DNA from: Octopus vulgaris
Taxonomy: Eukaryota
Reading direction: 5' to 3'
Assembly (NCBI GenBank): GCA_951406725.2
Contig: OX597816.1
Coordinates: 4,588,001 to 4,652,000 of the forward strand
DNA: 64,000 nucleotides
The translations under genes were made by a program, and so were the position numbers. Below the pieces are notes generated by a model that made no database searches, was not told the DNA's origin, and saw only the letters and a program-made list of their open reading frames with translations. This document shows, piece after piece, positions 14,092-27,221 of the stretch; the first letter of the stretch is position 1; each line of letters starts with the position of its first letter.

Positions 14092-14470
14092 ATCATCATC
14101 ATCATCATCATCGTTTAACGTCCGCTTTCCATGCTAGCATGGGTTGGACGGTTCAACTGGGGTCTGGCAAGCCCGAAGGCTGCACCAGGCCCAGTCAGAT
14201 CTGGCAGTGTTTCTACAGCTGGATGCCCTTCCTAACGCCAACCACTCCGAGAGTGTAGTGGGTGATTTTATGTGCCACCGACACAGGTGCCAGACGAGGC
14301 TGGCAGACGGCCACGCTCGGATGGTGTTTTTTATGTGCCACCGACACAGGTGCCAGACGAGGCTGGCAGACGGCCACGCTCGGATGGTGTTTTTTATGTG
14401 CCACCGACACAGGTGCCAGACGAGGCTGGCTGACGGCCACGCTCTTATGGTGTTTTCTTATGTGTCACCA
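14092..14470 (-). mobile_element. Family A RTE 3' end with three 63-bp tandem units
   Basis: TTATGTGCCACCGACACAGGTGCCAGACGAGGCTGGC repeated three times. Confidence 0.85.
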
Positions 14471-14515
<45 letters not shown>

Positions 14516-14523
14516 TAAATATT

Positions 14524-14570
<47 letters not shown>

Positions 14571-14602
14571 CTATACATATATATAGATAAATATACATAT
14601 AT

Positions 14603-15410
14603 GTAAGTACCTTGAGAGAAAAGTTGGACCTATCAGTTGTGGTGAGCAAGAGAGACGATTGTGCTGGTATGGTCATGTGGCAAGAATGGATGAAGATAGG
14701 TGTGTGAAAAAGTGCCACACCCTAGCGGTCGAGGGAACCTGTGTAAGAGGTAGACCCAGGAAAACCTGGGACATGGTGGTGAAGCACAACCTTCGAATAT
14801 TAGGTCTCACTGAGGCAATGACTAGTGACCGAGACCCTTGGAAATATGTTGTGCATGAGAAGACCCGACAGGACAAGTGAGACCATAACCCGTGGCCTTT
14901 ACATGGGATGTAGCCAGTCCACATATGCCAACCTCCCTTCATTGGACACTAAACTCTGCTTGTGAAGACTTGTTGGGGCAAGTGAAATTGAAATTGAGCC
15001 AAATTCGATGATTGGCACCCGTGTCAGTGGAGCGCTAACAGCTCCATTGGAGCAGAACCAGTGACAGAGCAGCTGTCTGGCTTCTGTGCCAGAGGGCACA
15101 TAAAAAGCACTATCTGAACGTGGCCGATGCCAGCGCCACCTTGACTGGCTTCTGTGCTGGTGGCACATAAAAAGCACCAACCAATCGTAGCCATTGCCAG
15201 CCTTGCCTGGTTCCTGTGCTGGTGGCATGTAAAAAGCACCCACTACACTCACGTAGTGGTTGGCGTTAGGAAGGGCATCCAGCTGTAGGAACACTGCCAG
15301 ATCAAGATTGGAGCCTGGTGCAGCCTCCTGGCTTCCCAGACCCTGGGCGAACCTTCAACCCATGCTAGCATGGAAAACAGACGTTAAACGATGATGATGA
15401 TGATGATGAT
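14603..15410 (+). mobile_element. RTE-clade LINE 3' fragment: ORF C-terminus, 3' UTR and (GAT)n tail
   Basis: ORF 14659-14880 WYGHVARMDEDRCVKK...RGRPRKTW...LGLTEAMTSDRDPW is a typical RTE C-terminus and runs into the family A sequence. Confidence 0.88.
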
Positions 15411-15807
15411 AATATATACGCGTATATATATATACATATACATAAAGTATATATATTTATATTGATGTCTATATAAATACGTGTGCATACATGCTTCTGC
15501 ATGCATGCAAAAATGGGTGCACCACCAAACATGAGCTCTCTTCTTACCCCTTCTGCTTCCATATTCCTGTAGAGACTCAACTCATTAAAACATAATATTT
15601 TCAAGTCCCAAAAGAAATATTGATTCTTACAGGCAGTCATCAATAACTTTTACCACTTACTCTCTCTATCTCTTTCTCTCTCCTCTCTCTCTCTCCTCTC
15701 CATCTCTCTCTCTCTCTCATTGCTGTAATAAGGTTAAAGGAGGAACATAGAAGCTTTGATAAACTTACACATTTACAGGTATGTACAAGCACACACACTA
15801 TTGCAAT

Positions 15808-15868
<61 letters not shown>

Positions 15869-16190
15869 TCACTCACACACACAATCACACACACACAATC
15901 ACACACACACAATCACACACACACACATATATGTGTATGTGTGTTATCCTCCACCACTGCCTAACTACATGAGTTCCCGAGTTTATGTCTCCATAACTTA
16001 GAAGTTCAGCAAAAGTAACAAATGGAATAAATACCAGCCTTTAAAAAATATAAATAAATGTACTGGGGTCAATTTTCTTTGATCATAATTCTTGAAGGAG
16101 GTGCCCCAGCATGGCCACAGTCTAATGCCCAAAACGAGTAAAACCTGAAGCATAAAAGGATGAATATATATATATATGTTTATGTGTGTG

Positions 16191-16243
<53 letters not shown>

Positions 16244-16246
<3 letters not shown>

Positions 16247-16647
16247 TGCAGGAGTAGCTGTGTGGTAAGTAGCTTGCTTACCAACCACACGGTTCTGGGT
16301 TCAGTCCCACTGCGTGCCATCTTGGGCAAGTGTCTTCTGCTATAGCCCTGGGCCGACCAATGCCTTGTGAGTGGATTTGGTAGACGGAAACTGAAAGAAG
16401 CCTGTCGTATATATGTATATATATATGTGTGTATGTGTGTGTGTTTGTGTGTTTGTCGCCCTAGCATTGCTTGACAGCCGATGCTGGTGTGTTTATGTCC
16501 CCATTACTTAGCGGTTCGGCAAAAGAGACCGATAGAATAAGTACTGCGCTTACAAAAAGAATAAGTCCCGGGGTCGAGTTGCTCGACTAAAGGCGGTGCT
16601 CCAGCATGGCCACAGTCAAATGACTGAAACAAGTGAAAGAGTAAAGA

Positions 16648-16650
<3 letters not shown>
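16244..16650 (+). mobile_element. Family B SINE, full length, flanked by (TA)n
   Basis: tRNA-like head, CORE-like block, internal (TA/TG)n, AAAGAGT tail. Confidence 0.9.
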
Positions 16651-16682
<32 letters not shown>

Positions 16683-16784
16683 GGGTGCATAAGATATTTG
16701 AGGACAAATTTATCTTTATAAATCACAGATAACTACTTTATCAAAAAATGCTATGAGGATAAAAATAAACCTTCTTTTCAAGAA

Positions 16785-16990
16785 TCCTTTCTACTAAAGG
16801 CACAAGGCCTGAATTTTTTTTTGGGGGGGGGGTATAGTCGCTTACATCGACCCCAGTGTTTCACTGGTATTTAATTTACCTACAAGGCAAAGTTGACCTT
16901 GGCAGAATTTGAACTAAAAAACTTAGCAACTTGCAAAATACCATTAAGCATTTCATCCAGCGTGATATCAATTCTGCCTGTTCACTGCCT
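16785..16990 (-). mobile_element. Family C SINE (old copy)
   Basis: Degenerate head and core with ...CAGGCCTTGTGCC tail variant. Confidence 0.7.
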
Positions 16991-17611
16991 TCCTTCTTTC
17001 CTCTAATGTCATTCCATGAAGCCACCTTCAGTTTCAACGACTACTTCTAGTAAAATTCCAACCATGTTTCGTGGTTCACTACCTCAACAGCTCCTTTATA
17101 GGATCCAGTGGCTGGAGACATCATCAGGAGGAACCACGTCTGGTTCCGGCCCCCTCTACTTTTTTTGACATTGCGCCCTCTTCTTCGGGGTTGTCTTCAG
17201 CTCTGGTGTTGGGTGCGTTTCTTCTTTCTCTATTTCTCTTTTGTTCTCTGGTTTCTTCGCTGCAGCATTAATGAATGTCAGCGAGTGAATGACCATCCTG
17301 CCTTTATTTCCCTTTAAATACTCACTGGTAGGCTCCAGCAGCCAGCGCCAGCTAACTGTCATGTGACACAGTGTCTAAGCTTCAACTGACCAATGGAGGG
17401 GAAGGGCGCTTAGTTTTAACCTGCACCCTTTCTAAACCTGCCTTCTAACAGTGTCGTGTTAGTTTCAGTTCCAGCAGCCAGAGCCAGCCAGCTGTTTGGT
17501 GGTACAAGTCTTCAAATGAGGAGAAGGGGCTGCTCTGAATAAGATCACTACCTTGGCCCACCTGTCAATCACTGATGCTGCTTAAGTGTCAGCCAGTCTC
17601 ACCTAGCAATG

Positions 17612-18570
17612 CTATTTCCCAGTTGGCATGTTATGGCTTTCGAGCCATTTTTGGTCTTCTTGCTTTAGCCATATATAGAACATGGCTTTTTCGACTGCCC
17701 CCTGTATCCTCCTTATTACGTTTCTCAGTTTTGAGCTCTAAAATGCAAGCCTTTTTATGAATAACTTTGTCATTTTCCTTTCAATGAAGCCCCTAGCCCT
17801 CACTGCCAGGTGATAATACTCGACAGTCCATCCCTGTTCTCTGCACTCTTCAATTAATTTTTCATACCTTTTCTCCTTCTGTTGCTCTGCATTAGTGATG
17901 TTCTCTTCCCCTGGCACTGTCAGCTTTAGTAAAATTGCAATTCTCCATTCTGTATTCCATAGGATTAAGTCCGGTCTTTTTGTTGTTTATAAGTGGAGAT
18001 ATTAAGTCTTTGCAAAACCATGGCCAGCCCTCAGTATCCCTTCCATCTTTCATCTGTCTCTTATATTTTATTTGAAGGCCTCGCCTTCTGTCCTGTTCCC
18101 CCTTTCTGGAAGTATATTTTTCCACGCTTTTCCACTTTTAGGTACTCTTCCCTATTATATCCCTTGATCTTCTCCTTGAGTGCTGTGCTTATGAGACTGA
18201 GGGCTTGACGGTGACACCATGTATATCTGTCTATGGCTAGCCTGCAGTTTGACAGAACATGTCTAACTGTCACTTTCTCTCCATATCTACATTCATTGGT
18301 TGTTTTTATGTTCCACCGGACTAAGTTCGCCGGTGAGGGTAGAACGTCGAAGGTAGACTTGATCAGGAAGGATGTTCTTGCTTGTTCCCAAGCCCACAGT
18401 TCCTTCCATGATATTCTACGACTGATCACATATTCCTCCAATCTCGGGTGCTGTCCCTGTTGACTGCATTGCACCAAATGTACATTTCGCCTTTCTTCTT
18501 CTTCCTTTCTCACTTCGTATACCACTGCCTCTTTCATCTCTTTTACACTGCTCTTGCAAAATGGCTTGAA
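17612..18570 (-). mobile_element. HERO-clade non-LTR retrotransposon 3' fragment (zinc knuckle and restriction-like endonuclease), frameshifted
   Basis: FDVLPSPANLVRW...HVLSNC...RYTWCH, then in other frames KRPDLILW...LTVPGEEN...KRYEKL...C..QGW...RGF and FYIWLKQEDQKW. Confidence 0.85.
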
Positions 18571-18987
18571 ATTGTGCGACCCTAGATCAGCTTGAAGCAT
18601 AGTGAAAAGAGAGAGTTTGACATTTTGAACATAGCTCTTGATTGGAAAGGAAAAACGGAAAAGTCCAAAGAAGGAAAATAAATTGCCAACAGCACGTGTG
18701 TAATTACAGTGCTGAAATATATACGCTGCTCTCATAGACTCAGCTGGCAAGAATGAGTCATCTTATGATACACGAGGGTCCTATCCATTGATACTGGGTG
18801 GAGGGCAAGGATGTATATGCCACAAAATCAGGGAAACCAGTCTTAGGGACCTAGGGTTTAGGATCCTTTTTATGCATACATACGTACATATATACATACA
18901 TATATATGTGTGTGTGTGTCTATGTGTGTGAGTGTGTGTATTTATATATATAAACATATATATAAATGTATACATTATATATCTTTT

Positions 18988-19302
18988 GAGTGTTGGGCCT
19001 CACGGAGTCAATGACCAAGACCTTTGGCATTATGTCATGCCTTAGAAGAAGACCCATCAAGCCGTGCAAAATCGCAATCATAGCAGATACTGGCGTCATG
19101 CAAATGGCACTCGTGCCAGTGGCACATAATTGCACCCATTACACTCTCGGAATGGTTGGTGCTACGAAGGACATCTAGCCATAGAAAACCAGACCAAATC
19201 AGACTGGAGACTGGTGCAGCCTTCCAGCTTACCATTCCTGGTCAAACCATCCAACCCATGCCAGCATGGTAAATGAACGTTAAATGATGATGATGATGAT
19301 GA
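18988..19302 (+). mobile_element. Family A RTE 3' end with last ORF codons
   Basis: LGLTESM.. followed by 3' UTR and (GAT)n. Confidence 0.8.
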
Positions 19303-19350
19303 TAATATATATTTGTATATATGTGTATGTGTACATGCATACATATATAT

Positions 19351-19402
<52 letters not shown>

Positions 19403-20368
19403 TATATACACATACCCAGATACAAATATATATAACGTATGTTTGTGTGTGTGTGTATAAATATATATATATATATGTATATTGATAAAAATAGTAGGTC
19501 TATATATGTGTGTATGTATGTATGTATGTATGTATGTATGCTTGTATGTATAATCGTATACATCGAAGTAGGAAATACTAATGAAGGTACACATGATAAC
19601 CATTATTGAGTAGAGAGAATATACAAAATAAAAATAATACCAACAATAAACAGTCTCCGCAATGTCTCTGTTGGCACTTAATGAATTCAAACTTCGCATT
19701 ATACAAATACCAAACTTATGGTGCATATATGCAAAGTTCTTTGATATCACTAATGTTTTTTTATGATGATTACAGCTGGTCCTGTTGCTACTAATGACCA
19801 TTTTGTCTGTATAAATACAAACTATTTAAGGCAACTCATCCAATTTGGAAAATTCTTTGGCTCGACTTTTGGACAGCGTTAACCATTTACATTCTCCATA
19901 ACACTTTCCTATTTATGATATCTGTATTGAAACCTAGTCATTTGAAATCTGTTATAAATTCTTCATTTGACATATTTACATGATGTTTCCTTTCAAAACC
20001 CACCCAGTAACAGCTTATAGAACATTATCATTACGAAACCACACATCTCTCAATCCCATTTTTTTTTTTCTATCAGTGATTGTTTAATTCTATACGCATT
20101 ACTTCAACTTGAATATATGCAGCTGATAGCCAAAGTAAAGGTGTGTTGGACTATTGGAAGGTTAATTCATATCCTGGTCGACTATTAACTTCATTTTTTG
20201 TTAATCTTCTTTGTGTGAGTTGTGTCTGATATCTTAATCCTGAATTTGTAATACAAAGAGAAAAGAATAACTGAGGTTGTTTATCTTTGGTGAAAATTAC
20301 ATTCTATGATGCTACGTGTTTTCATCTCTTGTAGCAGACATTTCTAACTTTCATGTTTTCTCATTTCG

Positions 20369-20790
20369 TTATCCCTTTAACGTTCATATTACTCTGTCAA
20401 ATGTGTAAAAAGCACGGCTGGGGGTACCATGTAAAAAGCACCCAGTCCACACTCTGTAAAGTGGTTGGCGTTAGGAAGAAGGGCATCCAGCTATAGAAAC
20501 CCTGCCAAAACAGACAACTGGGGTCTGGTGCAGCCCTACAACTTTCCAGCTCCTGTCAAACTGTCCAACCCATGCCAGCATGGAAAATGGACATTAAATG
20601 ATGATGATGATGATGACAATGTTTTAAATTATTTATGCATCTGTTTCATATCTTCAGAATGTTGTTGATGTGACTGCTTGCTTTTAGAAAGACATTGTAG
20701 GGTACATGTAGGAGGCCTTATCCTACCAGTTTGAACACAAAACAGAACATTGGGGGCCAGATATGGCCCTTCTAAATGCTAAAGGTTTAA
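20369..20790. mobile_element. piggyBac-like MITE interrupted by a family A copy (20400-20617)
   Basis: Ends TTATCCCTTTAACGTT / AATGCTAAAGGTTTAA resemble degenerate TTAA-CCCTT TIRs; reverse-strand relative at ~43212-43350. Confidence 0.5.
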
Positions 20791-20802
20791 AACATTGAAA
20801 TA

Positions 20803-21220
20803 TACCTATTTCTTTACTACCCACAAGGGGCTAAACACAGAGGGGACAAACAAGGACAGACAAACGGATTAAGTCGATTAGATCGACCCCAGTGCATTAC
20901 TGGTACTTAATTTATCGACCTCGAAAGGATGAAAGGCAAAGTCGACCACGGCGGAATTTGAACTCAGAATGTAAAGGTAAACGAAATACCTATTTCTTCA
21001 CTACCCAGAAGGGGCTACACACAGGGGACAAACAAGGACAGACAAATGGATTAAGTCGATTATAACAACCCTAGTGTGTGACTGGTACTTAATTTATCAA
21101 CCCCGAAAGGATGAAAGGCAAAGTCAACCTCGGCAGAATTTGAACTCAGAACGTAATGGCAGATGAAATACTACTAAGCATTTGCCCGGCGTGCTAATGT
21201 TTCTGCCAGCTCGCCGCCTT
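20803..21220 (-). mobile_element. Family C SINE dimer with target-site duplication
   Basis: Direct repeat AAACATTGAAATATACC at 20790-20806 and 21221-21237. Confidence 0.9.
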
Positions 21221-21719
21221 AAACATTGAAATATACCATTATTCTGATAATTTCAAAGCCCCCTATTGTCATCATTTTTTTTAATGTTCACATTTCCATC
21301 CTTGCATTGGTCAGACAGAGTTTCAGAGTTTATTGAGATAGGCTTTCTACAGCAGGATACCCTTCCTGCTGCTAACCCTCACCTGTTTCCAAGTAAGGTA
21401 ATATTTCCCCTTCAGGGCCAGACATGTCTTCACAGAAGATTGGAAATGAAAGACACTATTTGTATGACATCCTCTTCACCTGAAAATTACTGGTCTTTGC
21501 CACAATTAGAAAGAATTAACATTATCATCAGTATTGTTATTATTATTCTTTTAATTCAAGTTTTGTTGGAACTCTTGGAATTCTGCATGAGCAATGAGCG
21601 GGCTACCTGCAGCCTATAGTACCCTGCTATTTGTTCTCTTCAACTAATACCTTCCTGTAGATTCTGGCCATGCCAAGGAGCCAAACTTTTAGCAACATCT
21701 CTACTGGGCACTCTACTCT

Positions 21720-22612
21720 CATTAGTCTTATCTTTACCATGAGCTTTCACTGCACCACCAAGCACAGATATGTGTGCCTTGGATATGTCTTGAGATGCTC
21801 TGATGGTTACTGTATTGAAAGTGTTTTGCGTAGGATGTGTGCAGTGCCTAGTAGTGCAATTTTCTGTATGTTATATGTGTTTGTGAGTCCTGGTGTTTTT
21901 GTTATGTATTTGTCTGAATATTTTTTTATCATGCCTAATGCACCTACAATGATAGGAATTGTTCCTGTTTTTAGATTCCACATTCTGGTTACCTCTATTT
22001 CCAGGTCTTTGTATTTTGAAAGTTTCTCTGTTTCTTTTAGAGAGAGAAACATTGTCATCTGTTGGTATTGATAGATCAATTGAAAATCATTTTTTCTTGG
22101 TGATCTCTGACAACTATATCTGGTCTGTTGGCCTTAATTTCTCTATCTGTGTGTATCGGCATATCCCAGAGTATGGTTGCTTTCTCGTTTTCTGTGACCT
22201 TTTCTGGTGTGTGCCTATACCATCTTTTTTCTGTTGTTATTCCATAATGTTGGCATAGCTTCCAATGTATATAGGTCCCAACTCTGTCGTGTCTGTGAAT
22301 ATATTCCTTCTTAGCCAGGACTGGGCAGCCAGAGATAATATGATTTATTGTTTCTTTTCCATCTCCACATATTCTGCAATTACTTGTATTTCTTTTCAAT
22401 ACATGTTTTTGGTAATTTCAGGTGGGGAGGCTTTGGTCTTGTGCTGCAATTAAAAAACCTTCAGTCTCTGCTTTGGGTCTTGAGCTTCTCAGCCATTGTT
22501 GGAATTTTGCTTTTGTCCGTTTCTTTTCTGTTTAATTTAACCCAATATTTGCCATGAAGAGGCTTTTCTTGCCATCATTTTATCATGATCTGTTGCTGTT
22601 TCAGTTTTAGTT
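21720..22612 (-). mobile_element. Dong/R4-clade LINE 3' fragment (CCHC and PD-(D/E)xK endonuclease), frameshifted
   Basis: CRICGDGKETINHIISGC...RHDRV...ILWD...NRPDIVV...KYKDLEIEV..MW...IPIIVGALG...ALLGTAHILRK; abuts (TAA)n. Confidence 0.9.
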
Positions 22613-22640
22613 TTATTATTATTATTATTATTATTATTAT

Positions 22641-22880
22641 ACATTTGACTTTCACTTTGCATTTGTACAAGTTGGCTCCAAGTCTCACCCAGAGACCTCA
22701 AGAGACAACAAGTTAGAACTTCATGTTGGTGTTATGCTTAGGGTGTCATAAGTTTGGTTTTGTACATTGTATTATTCTAGAGAATGTTTAAGAAAACAAG
22801 AAAATTATGAGTTTGTTTTAAAAGTTTAAGATTACATCGACAGTATTTTACGTAGGATACGGGCAGCTCCCATGAGCCTA
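22641..22880 (-). mobile_element. Second Dong/R4 subfamily: extreme 3' end, between (TAA)n arrays
   Basis: LMGAARILRKILSM* followed by a UTR. Confidence 0.75.
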
Positions 22881-22895
22881 ATATTATAATTATTA

Positions 22896-22940
<45 letters not shown>

Positions 22941-23159
22941 GTTGAAAGAAGTCTGCAAAAGTTAAGGGTGTTGACAATGGACACATTATAGCGCTGGTAA
23001 TGGCTATGAACTTTTATAATATTCTGATGTAAGTTATTGCCAACCAGACAATTATTTCTCACCCTATTAACATCATCTTTACAAGGCCTATGTGTATCCA
23101 AATCACATATTAATCATTTTGGTTTACAGACGGAATTGTTAGAGAGTTGGATAAAATCT

Positions 23160-23630
23160 TTGGCAGTGAGCTGGCAGAATTGTTAGCACGCCAGGTGAAA
23201 TGCTGAGCAGTATTTCGTCTGTCTTGTTTTGAGTTCAAATTTTGCTGAGGTCGACTTTGCCTTTCATCCTTTCAGAGTCAGTAAATTAAGTACCTATTTC
23301 TTTACTACCCACAAGGGGCTAAACACAGAGGGGACAAACAAGGACAGACACACAGATTAAGTCAATAATATCAACCTCAGTGCGTAACTGGCACTTAATT
23401 TATCGACCCCGAAAGGATGAAAGGCAAAGTTGACCTCGGCGGAATTTGAACTCAGAACGTAATGGCAGACGAAATACCACTAAGCATTTCGCCCGGCATG
23501 TTAATGTTTCTGCCAGCCGGCTACCATACCAGATTCAATAAATTAAGCACCAGTTGCATACTGGGGTCATTCTAATCGACTGCCCCCGCCAAAAAATTTC
23601 AGGCCTTGTGCCTAGAGTAGAAAAGATTAT
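23160..23630. mobile_element. Family C SINE (+) with a second family C copy (-, 23291-23520) nested in its core
   Basis: Plus-strand core breaks at AAATTAAGTACC and resumes near 23535. Confidence 0.8.
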
Positions 23631-24002
23631 TTCTTGTGCCGAATTATAGTCTGAATTCAAATCATGCTTAAATCAACTTTGTCTTTTGTCCTTCCAGGGT
23701 TGATAAAATTAAGTTCCAGTCTTATACTGGAATTGAAATCACAAACTCATATTTAACAGCTTTCACTCACATATTCTCTTCTTAAATTCCATCTTGATCA
23801 TCAAATAAAACAGGCATTTTTTTCCTCTTTGCTATCGAATTATGATACCCAGCAAGGGTTTTAATTATCATTTACATGACATGCTTCTCCACAGTATCCA
23901 TGGTTCTGAGTTCAGTCCCACTGTGTGGCACCTTGGGCAAATGTTTACAGCTTTAATCTCAGGCTGAGCAAAGTCATCTGCGTGGAAACTAAAAGAAGCC
24001 AG

Positions 24003-24050
<48 letters not shown>

Positions 24051-24136
24051 TGGTGCCCCAGCATGGTCACAGCTCGTGAGCTGAAACTAGATGAAAATAA
24101 AAATGAAAAATTAAAAAATAAAATATTTATAAATAT

Positions 24137-24196
<60 letters not shown>

Positions 24197-24931
24197 GTAG
24201 ATAGATAGATAGATACATTTGTGTGTGTGTGTGTGTGTGTGTGTGTCTTTGTATCTGTGCTTGTCCCCACTACTGCATGACAACTTGGGCTGTTGCGTTT
24301 ACATCCCATAACTTAGCAGTTCAGCAAAGGAGATTGACAGAATAAGTACCAGGCTTTTCAAGAAAAATAATTATTGGAGTCGATGCATTCAACTAAAATT
24401 CTCCAAAGAAATTGCCCCAGCATGGCCGCAGTCTAATGACCGAAACAAATGAACGATAAGTTATTTGTCAACGTGGAACTATGATAGAAAGCACATGTCC
24501 AAAGTGCTGTGAAGAGAGATTGAACCTGGCACCATGTCGTTGACAGGACAACTTTTCTAACCACCCAGCCATTTACCTCCATTCACATTTATACTTTCCT
24601 CTCCTGTTACCGTCCATTTTATTAAATTACTGTGAACTTTCAGACTTATGTAATATTTCATCTACATTTCATCTGAAATAAGTCGTTTGAATATATTTTC
24701 TATTTTGAAGACTTAATTCTAAGTGGAAAAAACTATTTTTTCTTAAAAATTTATTTTGATAAAATTCTTTATTCTTTATTCTTTGTTCTTTATTCCATTG
24801 TTTCAATTTTCCTACGAACCGTTAGTTGTATGACTGTGCATTAAATCAATACGTATTGCGGCAACAATATTTCATCCCACGAAAAAAGAATGAGACAACA
24901 GCATTAGACAACAGTATTTCTCATCAACTTT

Positions 24932-24932
<1 letters not shown>

Positions 24933-25015
<83 letters not shown>

Positions 25016-25045
25016 AATATTGTTTGCCCTGGTGGCAAATAATTG

Positions 25046-25079
<34 letters not shown>

Positions 25080-25127
25080 TGTCGTCGTCGTCGTTGTTAT
25101 TATTATTATTATTATTATTTTTATTAT
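24933..25127. repeat. (TAG)n(TTG)n...(CAT)n(CGT)n(TTA)n compound trinucleotide array
   Basis: Visible in sequence. Confidence 0.95.
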
Positions 25128-25581
25128 TGAGTGAGAGAGCAGTGCATGCCATCAAAGTGACACTGGGGTAAAATATACGAAGCCCAATATACCCATCATG
25201 ACTACCCGTCTGATAAGGGTACACCAGGCACATGCATCACAACCATATGTGCGCGACATGGTGATCTCATATCAAGATAAACAGCACATGACCTTGCAGA
25301 TGGGGCCCAGCTAGAATTTTCTTCTGGTCGAGTAACCCATCCCACTCAAAAGGTCCCTGAATAAGGGTTGTTTAAGGATGTTGAAAGAACCACCCATGTT
25401 TCCAGAGGTGAATTATTCAAACCCCAAAGAATCCCTCTCAACACATGGCCATGATGCTCCTCTACTACTTCTGCTCGTGATCAGAGATGCACATATCGTC
25501 AGCCACTAAGGGACATGCTCAACTGGTTAAGGTCAAACAACTGACAAGCAAATCTGTGGTATTGAGCAGAATATTTGCTGT
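25128..25581 (-). mobile_element. Family D element in (TAA)n
   Basis: Near-identical to 25969-26443. Confidence 0.88.
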
Positions 25582-25588
25582 ATTATTA

Positions 25589-25628
<40 letters not shown>

Positions 25629-25649
25629 CAACATCATTATTATTATTAT

Positions 25650-25920
25650 TCTGTAGTTTTATTTTTATAGCGTGTTTTCACTTCACTACCGAGCAAAGCT
25701 CTGTGTGCCTTGGGTATGTACTGATGTGTGCAGTGCCCAGTAATGCTATTTTCTGTATGTTATATATATTTCTAAGTCCTAGTGATTTTGTTATATATTT
25801 GTCTGAATATTTTTTTATCATACCTAATGCACCTACTATGATAGGAATTGTTTCTGTTTTTAGATGCTACATTCAAGTTACCTCTATTTCCAGGTCTTTA
25901 TATTTTGAAAGTTTCTCCAT
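25650..25920 (-). mobile_element. Dong/R4 LINE 3' fragment
   Basis: Homologous to 21740-22030 (KYKDLEIEV...IALLGTAH); bounded by (TAA)n. Confidence 0.85.
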
Positions 25921-25937
25921 TCTTCTTCTTATTATTA

Positions 25938-25968
<31 letters not shown>

Positions 25969-25969
<1 letters not shown>

Positions 25970-26442
25970 GAGTGAGAGAGCAGTGCATGCCATCAAAGTG
26001 ACACTGGGGTAAAATATACGAAGTCCAATATACCCATCATGACTACCCGTCTGATAAGGGTACACCAGGCACATACATCACAACCATATGTGTGTGATAT
26101 GGTGATCTCATATCAAGATAAACAGCACATGACCTTGCAGATGGGGCCCAGCTATAATTTTCTTCTGGTCGAGTAACCCATCTCACTCAAAATAACCTGA
26201 ATAAGGGTTGTTTAAGGATGTTGAACGAAACACCGATGTTTCCAGAGGTGAATTATTCAAACCCCAAAGAATCCCTCTCAACACATGGCTATGATGCTCC
26301 CCCACTACTTCTGCTCGTGATCAGAGATGCACATATCGTCAGCCACTAATGGACATGCTCAACTGGTTAAGGTCAAACAACTGACAAGCAAATCTGTGGT
26401 TTTGAGCAGAATATTTGCTGTAGCCCATCCTTTATACCAAGA

Positions 26443-26443
<1 letters not shown>
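25969..26443 (-). mobile_element. Family D element in (TAA)n
   Basis: Near-identical to 25128-25581. Confidence 0.88.
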
Positions 26444-26478
<35 letters not shown>

Positions 26479-26489
26479 CATCATCATCA

Positions 26490-26890
26490 TTGCCTTTGCA
26501 CAGCTTCTATTGCTGGAGATGTACTACGGTGTCAGTTGTTCACTACCAGTGAACTAAGGTAACAACCCTTATTTTTCAAGCACTTTCCAGAGTATCTGAG
26601 TGGTTCCAAGCAGTGCTGTTTCCTGCAAGTGTTCCACCCTAATCGCAGCCCCTATTTGTTCTATGTACTTCTTGAGATTTTTTTGCTCACTGTTCCCAGG
26701 GCTCTGACAATTACTGGTACTACTGCTACCTTTTGCATCGACCATAACCACTTAACTTCCCAAGCTAACCTCTCATATCTCTCGACTTTTCTTTCTTTCT
26801 TATCGCATACCTTGTTGTCAGCTGGGCATGCTATATCTATGATCCAGCATAGTTTATTTCCTTTCTCAATTAAGATTATGTCTGACATTT
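26490..26890 (-). mobile_element. Third Dong/R4 subfamily endonuclease fragment
   Basis: DIILIEKGNKLCWIIDIACPAD...KVERYERL..EV..LW...VVPVIVRALG...LQETALLGT..IL.KVLE. Confidence 0.85.
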
Positions 26891-26923
26891 CCTCAATTAT
26901 TATTATTGTTGTTGTTGTTGTTA

Positions 26924-26966
<43 letters not shown>

Positions 26967-26975
26967 CATTATCAG

Positions 26976-27125
26976 GTTTACCTCAATTGGGCCACATCTG
27001 TTCTTGAAAATAAAGAATTTTTGAAACCTGTTACAGTTGAAGACATTTCAAAGGGAAAAGTCCTTTGCCAACTTATTGATGCTTTCCAAGCATCGCAAGG
27101 AAATGGTAGCAGACTTTTGGATGAG
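26976..27125 (+). CDS. Putative internal exon encoding the N-terminal half of a calponin-homology (CH) domain
   Basis: CAG|...GAG|GTAAAT, 150 bp, phase 0/0, open: VYLNWATSVLENKEFLKPVTVEDISKGKVLCQLIDAFQASQGNGSRLLDE, resembling the CH pattern YxxWxxxxL...DxxxGxxLxxLI. Confidence 0.6.
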
Positions 27126-27221
27126 GTAAATGCTTGCATTCTTTAAATATTCTCAAACATTTTGTATAAACTGCTGTTTCAATTTTCTCAGATTCATAGG
27201 AATACTAATATACATTTTATG

